64,000 nt of DNA from Bryobacteraceae bacterium. GTDB lineage: Bacteria; Acidobacteriota; Terriglobia; Bryobacterales; Bryobacteraceae. The stretch's first letter is position 1; each line of letters begins with the position of its first letter. Position numbers and translations under genes: made by a program. Below, piece after piece: positions 56,441 through 64,000 of the stretch. The stretch lies in the NCBI GenBank assembly GCA_025980665.1, contig JAICXC010000009.1, positions 209-64,208 of the forward strand. The letters are read 5' to 3'. The notes under the pieces were generated by a model, which saw only the letters and a list, made by a program, of their open reading frames with translations, had not been told where the DNA came from and did no database searches.

Positions 56441-58003
56441 TCATTTCTCCTGTGTGCGCAGATCAACTTCTGATAGCGGAATTGTGAGCGTGCCGATTTT
56501 CCCGGACGCAACGTTGCCGACCAGCAGCTTCAGTTCTACCGCCTTCGCCGGAATCTTGAGTTCTTTGTGATACGCCACGCCATTTTGCAACATCGAGGCA
56601 TAGTGCGCAGGCTTCAGGTTGAACGTCATCGTTTGCGAAAGCGTGTCACCCGCCCAAACTCCCTCGGGTGTCATGAAGCGAGCCACTACCTCCGCGGCGC
56701 CCTTCCACGACCCGCCGCTGGGCGTCAAATCCAGGCTGGCCAGATCGAATGAGACAGTCAAATCCAGCCGGTCCTGCCTGCGGACGGCTGAGGCTGTCAA
56801 TCCGATCGCCGTCGCGTCCACCGGCCGGTTGAGCGCCTGTATCAGATCCTCCACGGGACTGGCGGACAGCGCCTTAAGCGGCGGCTCTATCTTATAACCG
56901 GTACGGTATCGCAAAACAACCCCCGGACGGTTCACTCTAATACTAAGTTGATGCGGAATGGCTCGCGGCGCGCCGCCCCGCTTGCCGGCCTTAGCGTCTT
57001 GGCCCAACTCCTCGGATGGGTAGAAGCCCACCGTGTAACTGATATGTCCATCTTGCAGCGACTCGCGAATCGCCACATCCACATCGTCGCGATCCACATA
57101 GGCGACGCCACCCGTCATTCTGGCCAGCGCACGGATCGGCGCGGCGTGGGCCTCTTTCTCGCCGGCCAGCGCGATGGTAGAGCCGATTGCGTCCACCGGA
57201 TAGACTGCGATTCCAGCGTTCGAAAGGCGTTGGAGCGCCGCGGGGCTGAGTGGAAACTTCTGAGCGATCCAAATCAAGTTCTTGCGCCCGGGGATCCCTG
57301 CCAGGTGGTCGGCGATCAGCATGATCTCTCGATCGGTGACGGTCCCCGCCTGGAGCGAAGCAATGCGGGCGGCGTCCGCGGCAGCCCTGGCCCTGGCACT
57401 GGCCGCTCCCGGATCGATCAAATCGCCCAGCGACGGAGGACGATTTACGGGCAATGTCTCCTCCTCCGGGGCGCTCGCGTTGCAGACGGCGCCGGCCCCC
57501 GGTGAGAAGGCGTGAAGTTGGCGCAGAAGCGAGTCCCGATCCGCGGTGAACTCCCGGATCACTTGAAACTGACACCACAAGGAATACATTGCGATCTTGT
57601 CGCCCGGAGGAATCGCCGTAAGGGCCTCCAGGCCCTTCATTCGGGCACGGGCAGTGTGTTCAAAACCGGTATTGAGGTTGTCGAAAAGAATCACCGAATA
57701 ACCGCCACGCGACCCGTCGGCCGCTGCGATCCGATTGGTGAAAGTGCCGGGAGCCAGCGGATCGGGCGGGGGAGGCTCGGCACTCTCGGAGAGAAACAGC
57801 CGGATCTCCTGCGGCGTGCCATTATCCAGAATCTGAAAATCCTCGCGGCGCAAATCGCCCACGGGCTTGCCGTCCATATCCTGCGCGACAACGCTCACCT
57901 GAACCAGCCTGGTGGTGGAGCGAAAGGTCGTATCGCCAGACGACTGCGCCATAAGCGACGCGCTGGCGAGGATGAAAAAGAAACTGCCCCTGCGCAAGAT
58001 CAT
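56441..58003 (-). CDS. VWFA-related domain protein of the acidobacterial type
   Basis: Signal peptide, then FRSTTRLVQVSVVAQDMDGKPVGDLRREDFQILDNGTPQEIRLF, followed by a VWA-like region (YSVILFDNLNT...). Confidence 0.8.
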   Translation of the reverse strand: MILRRGSFFFILASASLMAQSSGDTTFRSTTRLVQVSVVAQDMDGKPVGDLRREDFQILDNGTPQEIRLFLSESAEPPPPDPLAPGTFTNRIAAADGSRGGYSVILFDNLNTGFEHTARARMKGLEALTAIPPGDKIAMYSLWCQFQVIREFTADRDSLLRQLHAFSPGAGAVCNASAPEEETLPVNRPPSLGDLIDPGAASARARAAADAARIASLQAGTVTDREIMLIADHLAGIPGRKNLIWIAQKFPLSPAALQRLSNAGIAVYPVDAIGSTIALAGEKEAHAAPIRALARMTGGVAYVDRDDVDVAIRESLQDGHISYTVGFYPSEELGQDAKAGKRGGAPRAIPHQLSIRVNRPGVVLRYRTGYKIEPPLKALSASPVEDLIQALNRPVDATAIGLTASAVRRQDRLDLTVSFDLASLDLTPSGGSWKGAAEVVARFMTPEGVWAGDTLSQTMTFNLKPAHYASMLQNGVAYHKELKIPAKAVELKLLVGNVASGKIGTLTIPLSEVDLRTQEK

Positions 58004-58131
58004 CGAGATGCTTGAGGAGTATCATATCGCAGGTTTCTGGCGCGTCATTTACCGGCGGCGCGACGCAATCCGCCGAAATCCCGCGCCTTTCGCGCGAGTC
58101 TTGCGATACATTCGATGTTGAAAAGCTCGAC

Positions 58132-58587
58132 ATGCAACCAACCCCGCCCAATGCTTCTAATTGGTCCGCCGCCCCTCCGCCGCGCTCCGCTCTTGGCTCA
58201 GGCTTCATCGTCGGCTTGCTCGCTTTGTTGGCCTTCGTTTATCTGATGGATCATGCCGGTAAAGGGGAAGCGGCGGTGTTCAGCGGCGTGGACCGCCACA
58301 TTTCTGGATCGGATTTCCATGGCGCACAATGCACCGCGGTTTTCGGAGGATGCAAGATCGACCTGCGGGATGCCCAAATCCAGGGAAGTGAGGCGGTTTT
58401 GGCAACGTACGCCATCTTCGGAGGGGTCGAAATCTGGGTCCCGGGAGATTGGGAGATCGTGAACCGCAACACCAGCATCTTCGGGGGTGTCGAGGACCAC
58501 ACGCGGCAGTCCTCCAGAGGGCCCGGCACGAAAACTCTGATTCTCGACGGGGTGACTATTTTCGGCGGGACGTCGGTGAAGAACTAA
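58132..58587 (+). CDS. LiaF-like (DUF2154) membrane protein
   Basis: One TM helix (GFIVGLLALLAFVYL), then repeated FGG strands: VFGGCKIDLRDAQI, AIFGGVEIWVPGDWEIV, SIFGGVED, TIFGGTSV. Confidence 0.6.
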   Translation: MQPTPPNASNWSAAPPPRSALGSGFIVGLLALLAFVYLMDHAGKGEAAVFSGVDRHISGSDFHGAQCTAVFGGCKIDLRDAQIQGSEAVLATYAIFGGVEIWVPGDWEIVNRNTSIFGGVEDHTRQSSRGPGTKTLILDGVTIFGGTSVKN

Positions 58588-58591
58588 GCAC

Positions 58592-60502
58592 TTAGGCGCT
58601 GGCTTCCAGTTCGGCGGACAAGCTTTCCCACTCGGCGACGCGACTTTCGAGCTCCTTGCGGCGCGCGCTCACCAGATCGTTCAGGCGTACGGTTTCTTCC
58701 ACGCTCTTGAAGTCGGCCAAGGCGGCATCGTGCTGCGCGATCTCGGACTCCAGCGCCGACACCTGTTTCTCGACCGCCGCTAGCCGGTCGCGAAGCTTTT
58801 GAAGCTTCATCGGATTGACGCGCTTGCCGGCACCCGCCCCATTACTGTCGCGGCTCGGAAGGGGTTGAGTAACAACAACAGTCTCTAGCTTTTCGGGGCC
58901 GCCCTGTTTCCGCCACAAGTAGTCTTCGTAATTGCCCGGGAAGACATGCACGTGTCCGTCTTCGATCTCGAAAATGCGCGTGGCCAGGTTGTCGATGAAG
59001 TAGCGATCGTGCGAAACCAGCACTACCGTTCCGTTGTACTTGCTCAGCGCGTCGAGCAGGACGTCTTTCGCGCGCATATCCAGGTGGTTCGTCGGCTCGT
59101 CGAGAAGCAGGAAATTCGACGGGGCCAGCAGCATGCGAGCCAGCGCGTAGCGGTTACGTTCACCGCCGGATAGCACGCCGATGCGCTTGAACGCGTCGTC
59201 ATCGCTGAACAGGAATGAACCGAGCAAGGATCGCAGCTCGGTCTGGGTCGAACTCTTCGCCGCGGAGGACAAATCATCAATCAGACGAGCGTCGACATCC
59301 AACTCCTTGTATTGATCCTGCGCAAAATAATCGGGGGTCGCGTTGTGGCCCAAAGTATAAGTGCCCGACGAGAGAGGTTCGGTGCCCGCGAGCAACTTGA
59401 TCAATGTCGACTTCCCAGCGCCGTTCACGCCCACCAGGGCAATGCGGTCGCCGCGTTCGATGATGAAGCTGGCGCGGCTGAAGACGTGCTTCGGTCCGTA
59501 GCTTTTCGAGACATCCTTGAACTCGGCCACGATCCGTCCGCTGGGTTTGGGCTGCGGAAAGGAGAAGTGAATGGTCTGCTCGTCGGGCGGAATCTCAATC
59601 CGCTCGATCTTATCGAGTTCCTTAATGCGACTTTGCACCTGCTTGGCCTTGGTGGCCTGGTAGCGGAAGCGGTTGATAAAGGCTTCCAGTTGCTCGATGC
59701 GCTCACGTTGGTTGCGATAAGCGGCTTCGAGCTGAGCTTTTCTTTCGGCTTTTTGATTTAGATACTTCTCGTAATTGCCGCTGTAGAAGTTAACTTTCTT
59801 GTTCCAGATCTCGACCGTGCGGTTTACGGTCACATCCAGGAAATAGCGATCGTGCGAAATCAGGATGCACGCGTTGGGGAAGCTCGCGAGGTACGATTCC
59901 AGCCAGTTGCGAGCTTCCAGATCCAGGTGATTGGTGGGCTCGTCCAGCAGCAACAGATTGGGTTTTTCGAGTAGAAGTTTTGCCAGCGCCAGGCGCATCT
60001 GCCAGCCGCCGGAGAATTCCTCGGTGCGGCGGGACCAGTCTTCCTTGCGGAATCCCAGGCCGTTGAGCACGGTGCCGACCTGTGCTTCGATCGCGTAGCC
60101 ATCGCGATTACGAAATTCGGAATCGATGTGGTGGAGGCGGTCGGAGGCGGCAGCGTACTCAGCCCCGGCCGGGTCCATTTCAGCCAATTTCACGTGCAGG
60201 GATTCCATCTCCTGCTCCATCTCGCGCAGGTCCGCAAACACGCTCATGCACTCGGCGAAGACGGTTCGGCCGGTGAGCGATAAGCCGTCCTGCGGAAGAT
60301 AGCCCTGGCTGATGCCTTTAGCGAAGCTGATGTTTCCGTAGTCGAGTGATTCCATGCCGCAGAGGATCTTGAGCAGCGTGGACTTGCCGGTACCGTTCGC
60401 GCCCACCAGGCCTGTGCGCTCCTTGGGCGTGATGAGCCAGTCGCAGTCTTCAAACAGGAGTTTGTGGCCGAAACGCTTGCCGGCGCCTTGCAGTTGAATC
60501 AT
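58592..60502 (-). CDS. ABC-F family ATPase (two ABC domains, no TM domain; Uup/YheS-like)
   Basis: Two Walker A motifs (GANGTGKST, GVNGAGKST), two signature motifs (FSGGWQMR, LSGGERNR), an inter-domain linker and a C-terminal coiled coil. Confidence 0.9.
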   Translation of the reverse strand: MIQLQGAGKRFGHKLLFEDCDWLITPKERTGLVGANGTGKSTLLKILCGMESLDYGNISFAKGISQGYLPQDGLSLTGRTVFAECMSVFADLREMEQEMESLHVKLAEMDPAGAEYAAASDRLHHIDSEFRNRDGYAIEAQVGTVLNGLGFRKEDWSRRTEEFSGGWQMRLALAKLLLEKPNLLLLDEPTNHLDLEARNWLESYLASFPNACILISHDRYFLDVTVNRTVEIWNKKVNFYSGNYEKYLNQKAERKAQLEAAYRNQRERIEQLEAFINRFRYQATKAKQVQSRIKELDKIERIEIPPDEQTIHFSFPQPKPSGRIVAEFKDVSKSYGPKHVFSRASFIIERGDRIALVGVNGAGKSTLIKLLAGTEPLSSGTYTLGHNATPDYFAQDQYKELDVDARLIDDLSSAAKSSTQTELRSLLGSFLFSDDDAFKRIGVLSGGERNRYALARMLLAPSNFLLLDEPTNHLDMRAKDVLLDALSKYNGTVVLVSHDRYFIDNLATRIFEIEDGHVHVFPGNYEDYLWRKQGGPEKLETVVVTQPLPSRDSNGAGAGKRVNPMKLQKLRDRLAAVEKQVSALESEIAQHDAALADFKSVEETVRLNDLVSARRKELESRVAEWESLSAELEASA

Positions 60503-60593
60503 TCTTGCGTGGGAGTCTGATACGATCTTACCGCGAGGCGTGGAACCAGCCTGTTTCTTGCGAATACGTTCGAAAGCGTGTGATCGGACGGTT

Positions 60594-60859
60594 TTAGTTT
60601 TCGGTCGGCGTCTTCTCGATGTGGTCGACGATCAACTGATCTACGGTGGCTTTGCGAGATTCCAGCTTGAGTCCCATCGATCGCACCGCATCCATTTTAG
60701 AGAGGTGCCTCCCCTGCCGGGGTCCGACGCCACCGGTACGTTGCCGCGCCCCCCGGCTCCGCCTATTGTGCCGGCAGGTCCGCCGGCGGGAATATCCGCG
60801 CCAGCTAGCACGCTATGTTTTCGCTTCGCCTTCTTTGGGGGCTTCGGCTCCGGTTTCAC
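60594..60859 (-). pseudogene. C-terminal remnant of a TIGR03435-type (DUF3738) acidobacterial protein, frameshifted
   Basis: Own translation 60695-60594: MDAVRSMGLKLESRKATVDQLIVDHIEKTPTEN(stop), which is the characteristic family tail. Upstream Gly/Pro-rich residues (..DPGRGGTSL) lie in another frame. Only about 85 codons in total. Confidence 0.45.
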
Positions 60860-60892
60860 TTGGAGTATTACTTACAAAAAGAGGATGCGATT

Positions 60893-61735
60893 CTAATCGC
60901 AGAAGAATCGAAGAGAGCGGGCGATGTACGCCTTCATCTCCGACCGCTTGACCACGGCGTCCAGAAACCCATGCTCCAGCAGGAACTCGCTGCGCTGGAA
61001 ACCCTCGGGAAGTTTCTGGCGGATGGTCTGCTCGATCACGCGCGGGCCCGCGAAACCGATGAGCGCGCCCGGCTCGCCGATATTCAGGTCGCCCAGCATG
61101 GCGAAGCTCGCGGTAACGCCGCCCGAGGTCGGATCGGTCAGCACGCTGATGTAGGGGACGCCCGCTTCGTCCAAACGCATCAGCGCCGCCGAAATCTTGG
61201 CGAGCTGCATCAGGCTGATGGTGCCTTCCTGCATGCGCGCGCCGCCCGAGGCGGAAATAATGACCAGGGGCATGCGGCCTTCGACGGACCGCTCCACCGC
61301 GCGGGTGATTTTTTCCCCCACCACGGCGCCCATGCTGCCGCCCATGAACTTCCACTCCATGGCGCAGATATTCACTCGCCGGCCGTCCAAGGAACCTGCC
61401 GCGGTTAACACCGCGTCGGATGACTGCGTGGCTTCCTGGGCGATGGCCAGCTTGGCGCGATACGCTTCATCAAGGCGCAGCGGATCGCAGGATGTCATAC
61501 CCGTGTCGAATTCTTCGAATTCGCCGTCAAACAGGATGCCCAGGCGAGTGCGGGCGTCGATCCGAAAATGAAACTCGCACTTGGGGCAGCACTGGAGGTT
61601 CTCGTCCAGGGCTTTTTTCCAGATGATCTGCCCGCAGCTTTCGCATTTCAGCCACAAACCCTCGGTGCGCAGGTGCTTTTCGCCATCGCCCGGACCTTCG
61701 TCCATGCCGGTTTTTTCACGAGTGAACCACGCCAT
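60893..61735 (-). CDS. accD: Acetyl-CoA carboxylase carboxyltransferase beta subunit
   Basis: Zinc ribbon CESCGQIIWKKALDENLQCCPKCEFHFR, then GGSMG and SGGARMQEG. Confidence 0.92.
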   Translation of the reverse strand: MAWFTREKTGMDEGPGDGEKHLRTEGLWLKCESCGQIIWKKALDENLQCCPKCEFHFRIDARTRLGILFDGEFEEFDTGMTSCDPLRLDEAYRAKLAIAQEATQSSDAVLTAAGSLDGRRVNICAMEWKFMGGSMGAVVGEKITRAVERSVEGRMPLVIISASGGARMQEGTISLMQLAKISAALMRLDEAGVPYISVLTDPTSGGVTASFAMLGDLNIGEPGALIGFAGPRVIEQTIRQKLPEGFQRSEFLLEHGFLDAVVKRSEMKAYIARSLRFFCD

Positions 61736-61775
61736 ACGATACAGCTTCTAGCGTAGCAGGCGAGGGGTTAAAGCC

Positions 61776-62738
61776 CTACTTCATTTCCCAAACGTAAGCG
61801 GCGAAGTCTCGGCGATTCACGAATCCCATGCGCTCGTAAAGCTGAATGGCAGAAGCGTTGGACGTAGTCACCGTTAGACTTACGGTCCGGCAGCCATGAT
61901 CGGCGAGCGTCACCAGACTGCGGCGAAGCAGTTCGTAGCCGAGCCCTGTACCGCGAAACGCGGGCGAGACGCAGACCTGCGTAATGTGTCCCACATCGTG
62001 CGCCACCATGCTGGTGAGGCAGACGCCATAGAGACCGCGGCCGGCGGCCGGAATCGCCACACAGGCGGCCGGCGCGAAGAACGTTCCGCAGCCGGGATAT
62101 TGCACGATGTTGGTGAGAAAGCGGCGCGCGCCGCTGACGGAGCGGTATTGATCGTTGATGTAGCTATCCACGTGGCCTGAGTAGGCCGCCGCAATCAGCC
62201 GCGCGGCATCATCCTGGCGGGTCTCCGACCAAGGCGCGATGATCACCTTAGGATCACGAGGGGGCAGAGAACGGATCGCATCCACGGACACTTCGAAGAA
62301 CTTGCGCGGGAACGCCCGGAACCAGCGGGGATTCGGCATGCTGCGGGTGAGAGGCGAACTGAGCATCATCAGCTGCGCCTCCACGCGGCGCGTGCCCGGA
62401 GTCCGCCACATCGAATCCAGAATCGCGTTCAGCAGCGTATTCTCGTTCTCGACGGTGCGATATCGGCGCCCTACGTATAGCCCGCCGATTAGGCCCTTGC
62501 CCTCTTCGCACACGTAGTAACCATACCCGGCCACTTCCTTCTCGCCTGGCAGCGTGAATCCAGTAAGCGCACGCATATCCACGAAACGGCGGACCAGGTC
62601 AGCCGAGGCGCGGTAATCCCAGTTCAGCTCGGTGCGCCATTCTTCGATCTCTTCGTGAAGCAGGGATTCCAGTTGAGCGGAGGTTACATCGCGCAGGTCC
62701 ACCAGCGGGTTGGGGTACCGGTCGAAAAGCGCCGCCAT
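61776..62738 (-). CDS. GNAT-family N-acetyltransferase with an uncharacterised N-terminal domain
   Basis: C-terminal VCVSPAFRGTGLGYELLRRSL (R/Q-x-x-G-x-G/A acetyl-CoA motif). Confidence 0.7.
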   Translation of the reverse strand: MAALFDRYPNPLVDLRDVTSAQLESLLHEEIEEWRTELNWDYRASADLVRRFVDMRALTGFTLPGEKEVAGYGYYVCEEGKGLIGGLYVGRRYRTVENENTLLNAILDSMWRTPGTRRVEAQLMMLSSPLTRSMPNPRWFRAFPRKFFEVSVDAIRSLPPRDPKVIIAPWSETRQDDAARLIAAAYSGHVDSYINDQYRSVSGARRFLTNIVQYPGCGTFFAPAACVAIPAAGRGLYGVCLTSMVAHDVGHITQVCVSPAFRGTGLGYELLRRSLVTLADHGCRTVSLTVTTSNASAIQLYERMGFVNRRDFAAYVWEMK

Positions 62739-62920
62739 GGCCTGATCTTAGCGCGTGACGAGCCGCGATGTGGCGAGCCATGCCGTGAAACGTTCCTTGA
62801 TCCGGAAATCGCATTTGCGGGGACTGCATGTGATCCATCGCCGTCTGTCGGCAGGCGGACCGAAGGCGTGTAGGAACTTTCCACTCGCGGGCGGGGTCTA
62901 ACCTTGGCATGATCCAGGGC

Positions 62921-64000
62921 ATGCGGCCCGAAATCCGGAGAACTTTGGCCAGGTTTTGGTGGAAAGCTTCGAAGCTGGGTGTACTCGGGCTACTTCCGTT
63001 TGCGGCCGCGCAGCAGCCACCGGATCCTTCCGTTTTTCATTCCGAAACACGCCTGGTCGAAGTGGAAGTCGTGGTCCGCGACCAGCGGGTTCGGCCGCCA
63101 GGGCTAGAGGCGTCGCTTGCTTATTATCTCGATTCAGGGCCGCCGTTCGGGCCTGCCGGGGCTTTGGTCAAGAGTCTGACAAAGGACGATTTCACGCTGC
63201 TGGATCAAGGCAAGCCGCAATCCATCGCCGTCTTTCGCACCGGTGCAATCGGCGAGGTTAAATCCATCACGCTGCCTCCCGGCGCCGTCTCCAACCGCCA
63301 GGACAGCCGCGGCCAGCCGGTGAATAACGCGACCGCGGTCTTGATGGATTTCCTGAACACCGGGTTCGACTATACGGGCTATGAGCGCGTAGGGCTGACC
63401 AATCTCTTACGCTCTCTCGCTCAGGCCGACAGCAGGGTCGCTCTGTACACGCTGGGCGAGAATCTGCACATGTTGCACGACTTCACTGACGATTCGCAAA
63501 GGCTGGTGGAGATCGCCGCCAAACTGGGTGAGAAGCACGGCACGCTTCCGGCCGACCTCAAGAGCGCCCTTCGAGATTACGGGGATCTTTTGACCCTGGA
63601 TCAGGATCAGGCCGCCGGCATCGCCGCCCAAGTCCATACGCGAATGACCGTGAACGCCCTGAGCTTGATCATCCAGCATCTTTCCGGCGTGCCCGGGCGT
63701 AAGAATTTGGTTTGGCTGATGGATGACCCGCATAACGTGCCGCCCGCGGTGATCGCCATGGTGCAGCAGGCGAACATTACTCTGTATCCCGTGCTGGTGC
63801 GTACAGTCCGCGTGGGAGGACCTATGCCAGGCAATTTCGCCGCCCAACGTCTAGCCGCGAGCACAGGGGGCCGGGCATTCTTCGACGCCCGGGATCTCAC
63901 CTACGCCGTCGAGGCTGCGGAGGAGGATTCGCACACGGCTTATGTTCTCGGATACTACGCGGCTGCCGACATGCTCGACGGGAAGTATCACCAGATCACG
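62921..64000 (+). CDS. Second VWFA-related acidobacterial-type protein, 3' end beyond the window
   Basis: Own translation from ATG 62921: MRPEIRRTLARFWWKASKLGVLGLLPFAAAQQ..FHSETRLVEVEVVVRDQ...LTKDDFTLLDQGKPQSIAVF..., open to position 64000. Absent from the ORF track because it is open-ended. Confidence 0.75.
   Translation, partial: MRPEIRRTLARFWWKASKLGVLGLLPFAAAQQPPDPSVFHSETRLVEVEVVVRDQRVRPPGLEASLAYYLDSGPPFGPAGALVKSLTKDDFTLLDQGKPQSIAVFRTGAIGEVKSITLPPGAVSNRQDSRGQPVNNATAVLMDFLNTGFDYTGYERVGLTNLLRSLAQADSRVALYTLGENLHMLHDFTDDSQRLVEIAAKLGEKHGTLPADLKSALRDYGDLLTLDQDQAAGIAAQVHTRMTVNALSLIIQHLSGVPGRKNLVWLMDDPHNVPPAVIAMVQQANITLYPVLVRTVRVGGPMPGNFAAQRLAASTGGRAFFDARDLTYAVEAAEEDSHTAYVLGYYAAADMLDGKYHQIT

Overview
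This is a GC-rich bacterial chromosomal window. Lineage markers suggest Acidobacteriota: two VWFA-related proteins with the FRxxTxLVxVxVxVxD...DFxxxDxGxPQxI N-terminus, a TIGR03435-type ...LGLKLESRK..VD.L.IDHIEKTPTEN tail remnant, and a PEP-CTERM protein. All calls rest on motif recognition by eye in the supplied ORF track plus my own translations. No searches were run.

Ordinary content:
- macA/macB-type efflux operon (1-3173)
- A redox/stress block (3531-15592): CBS protein, c-type cytochromes, HemG, two tandem-USP paralogues, a large Pat-type acetyltransferase and a P1B ATPase
- L,D-transpeptidase, DksA-like protein, YceI, and a kinase plus APS kinase pair
- A lysine/DAP biosynthesis operon (34495-40297) preceded by a lysine (L-box) riboswitch
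- A glycosylation cluster (40821-45693), ttcA, dnaK-dnaJ-hspR, an ABC-F ATPase and accD

Main finding: a tightly coupled five-gene minus-strand operon (23716-31248). In order it encodes:
- an MtrC/OmcA-like decahaem cytochrome with a 5+5 haem layout
- an MtrA/DmsE-like decahaem cytochrome
- a 667-aa Cys-free MtrB/PioB-like outer-membrane barrel candidate
- a cytochrome built from four class-I cytochrome c modules
- a 3-TM NapC/NirT-like multihaem cytochrome

Together these amount to a complete candidate quinol-to-cell-surface electron conduit. It is transcribed divergently from an NO-stress pair (RIC/YtfE-like plus NnrS-like) across an intergenic region carrying strong palindromes. It is flanked on both sides by gene wreckage: frameshifted PEP-CTERM and cytochrome c genes, a decayed SIS gene, a HypC N-terminal fragment and an MFS fragment.

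Other notable points:
- dapB has no canonical start codon
- a cytochrome P460-family gene is translationally coupled to dapD
- the ATPase has a P1B-5 (TPCP) signature and no hemerythrin tail
- a conserved 15-nt hairpin motif sits in two leaders
- the density of disrupted reading frames is unusually high, which could equally reflect indel errors in the assembly

No rRNA, tRNA, CRISPR array, transposase or integrase was recognised.
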